Assembly: GCA_051362555.1 (NCBI GenBank)
Contig: CM120642.1
Span: forward strand, 3,100,001 to 3,164,000
Length of the DNA stretch: 64,000 nucleotides
Origin: Lingula anatina
Lineage: Eukaryota > Animalia > Brachiopoda
Direction: 5' to 3'
In this document: positions 63,566 to 64,000 of the stretch, piece by piece
Layout: every line of letters starts with the position of its first letter
How positions within the stretch are numbered: position 1 is the first letter of the stretch
Notes under the pieces: model-generated
Seen by the model: the letters and a program-made list of their open reading frames with translations, nothing else
What the model was told of the DNA's origin: nothing
Databases searched by the model: none
Made by a program: the position numbers and the translations under genes

Positions 63566-64000
63566 TAAATGTTATAATTTTGGAGTTACATTAATGTGCC
63601 ATAAATTTCGTACAGAAAAAATTAATTAAAATAAAGAAAAGGTCATTTTGGTCAAAATTCTTGAAATGGGAGGTGCTCTGAAGTTCCAGATGTTCAAATT
63701 TGATGAAATAATGTCATTTTTGACCACAAGTTGTCTGCCTCGCCAAGCCTTATGTTATATTTTTCCGGGGTTCAAAATTTATTATCCATTACTGTACTGC
63801 ACATTTTGCTTTCACCACCAATATGTACTTTTTGATACAGCGTAACTTGAAAACCGTATGGAATACAAAAAAACGGAGACCACCAGCAGTGTTGGGCTTT
63901 ACATGCTCTACAAAATGCAAAAAAGAATGGTGTAGAGCCGCATTTTGCAACCGACCCCATTTTGCAACCGGTTGCAAAATACGTTCAGTTGCAAAATGCG

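Overview
AT-rich, intron-rich metazoan (invertebrate-like) genomic DNA. The window is a head-to-tail tandem array of a ~30-37 kb unit, with parts of three units visible. On the + strand each unit carries an RNA helicase A (DHX9/maleless) gene: copy A 1-9437 (5' end off-window), copy B 12745-44624 (complete helicase core to RGG tail) and copy C from 49336 (rest off-window). Copies B and C have no recognisable dsRBD exons, and their linker/MTAD exons are decayed. Their helicase exons are intact and differ between copies almost only at synonymous sites. Nested antisense in the intron between the 'VVITQ' and 'PRRISA' exons is a second gene. It encodes DED + TRADD-N-like + death domain + a giant terminal exon of ~18-21 tandem 78-aa helical repeats with hypervariable positions. 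The unit-B copy is disrupted; the unit-C terminal exon is an intact ~1750-codon ORF. Many tandem repeats in the window are built from exon-intron junctions and have expanded differently in each paralog. Copy-specific transposons are present: Academ-like, Kolobok-like, a TA-TSD element, ISL2EU-like, MITEs and a nested L2 LINE. All domain and family calls are by-eye motif recognition, not database hits.
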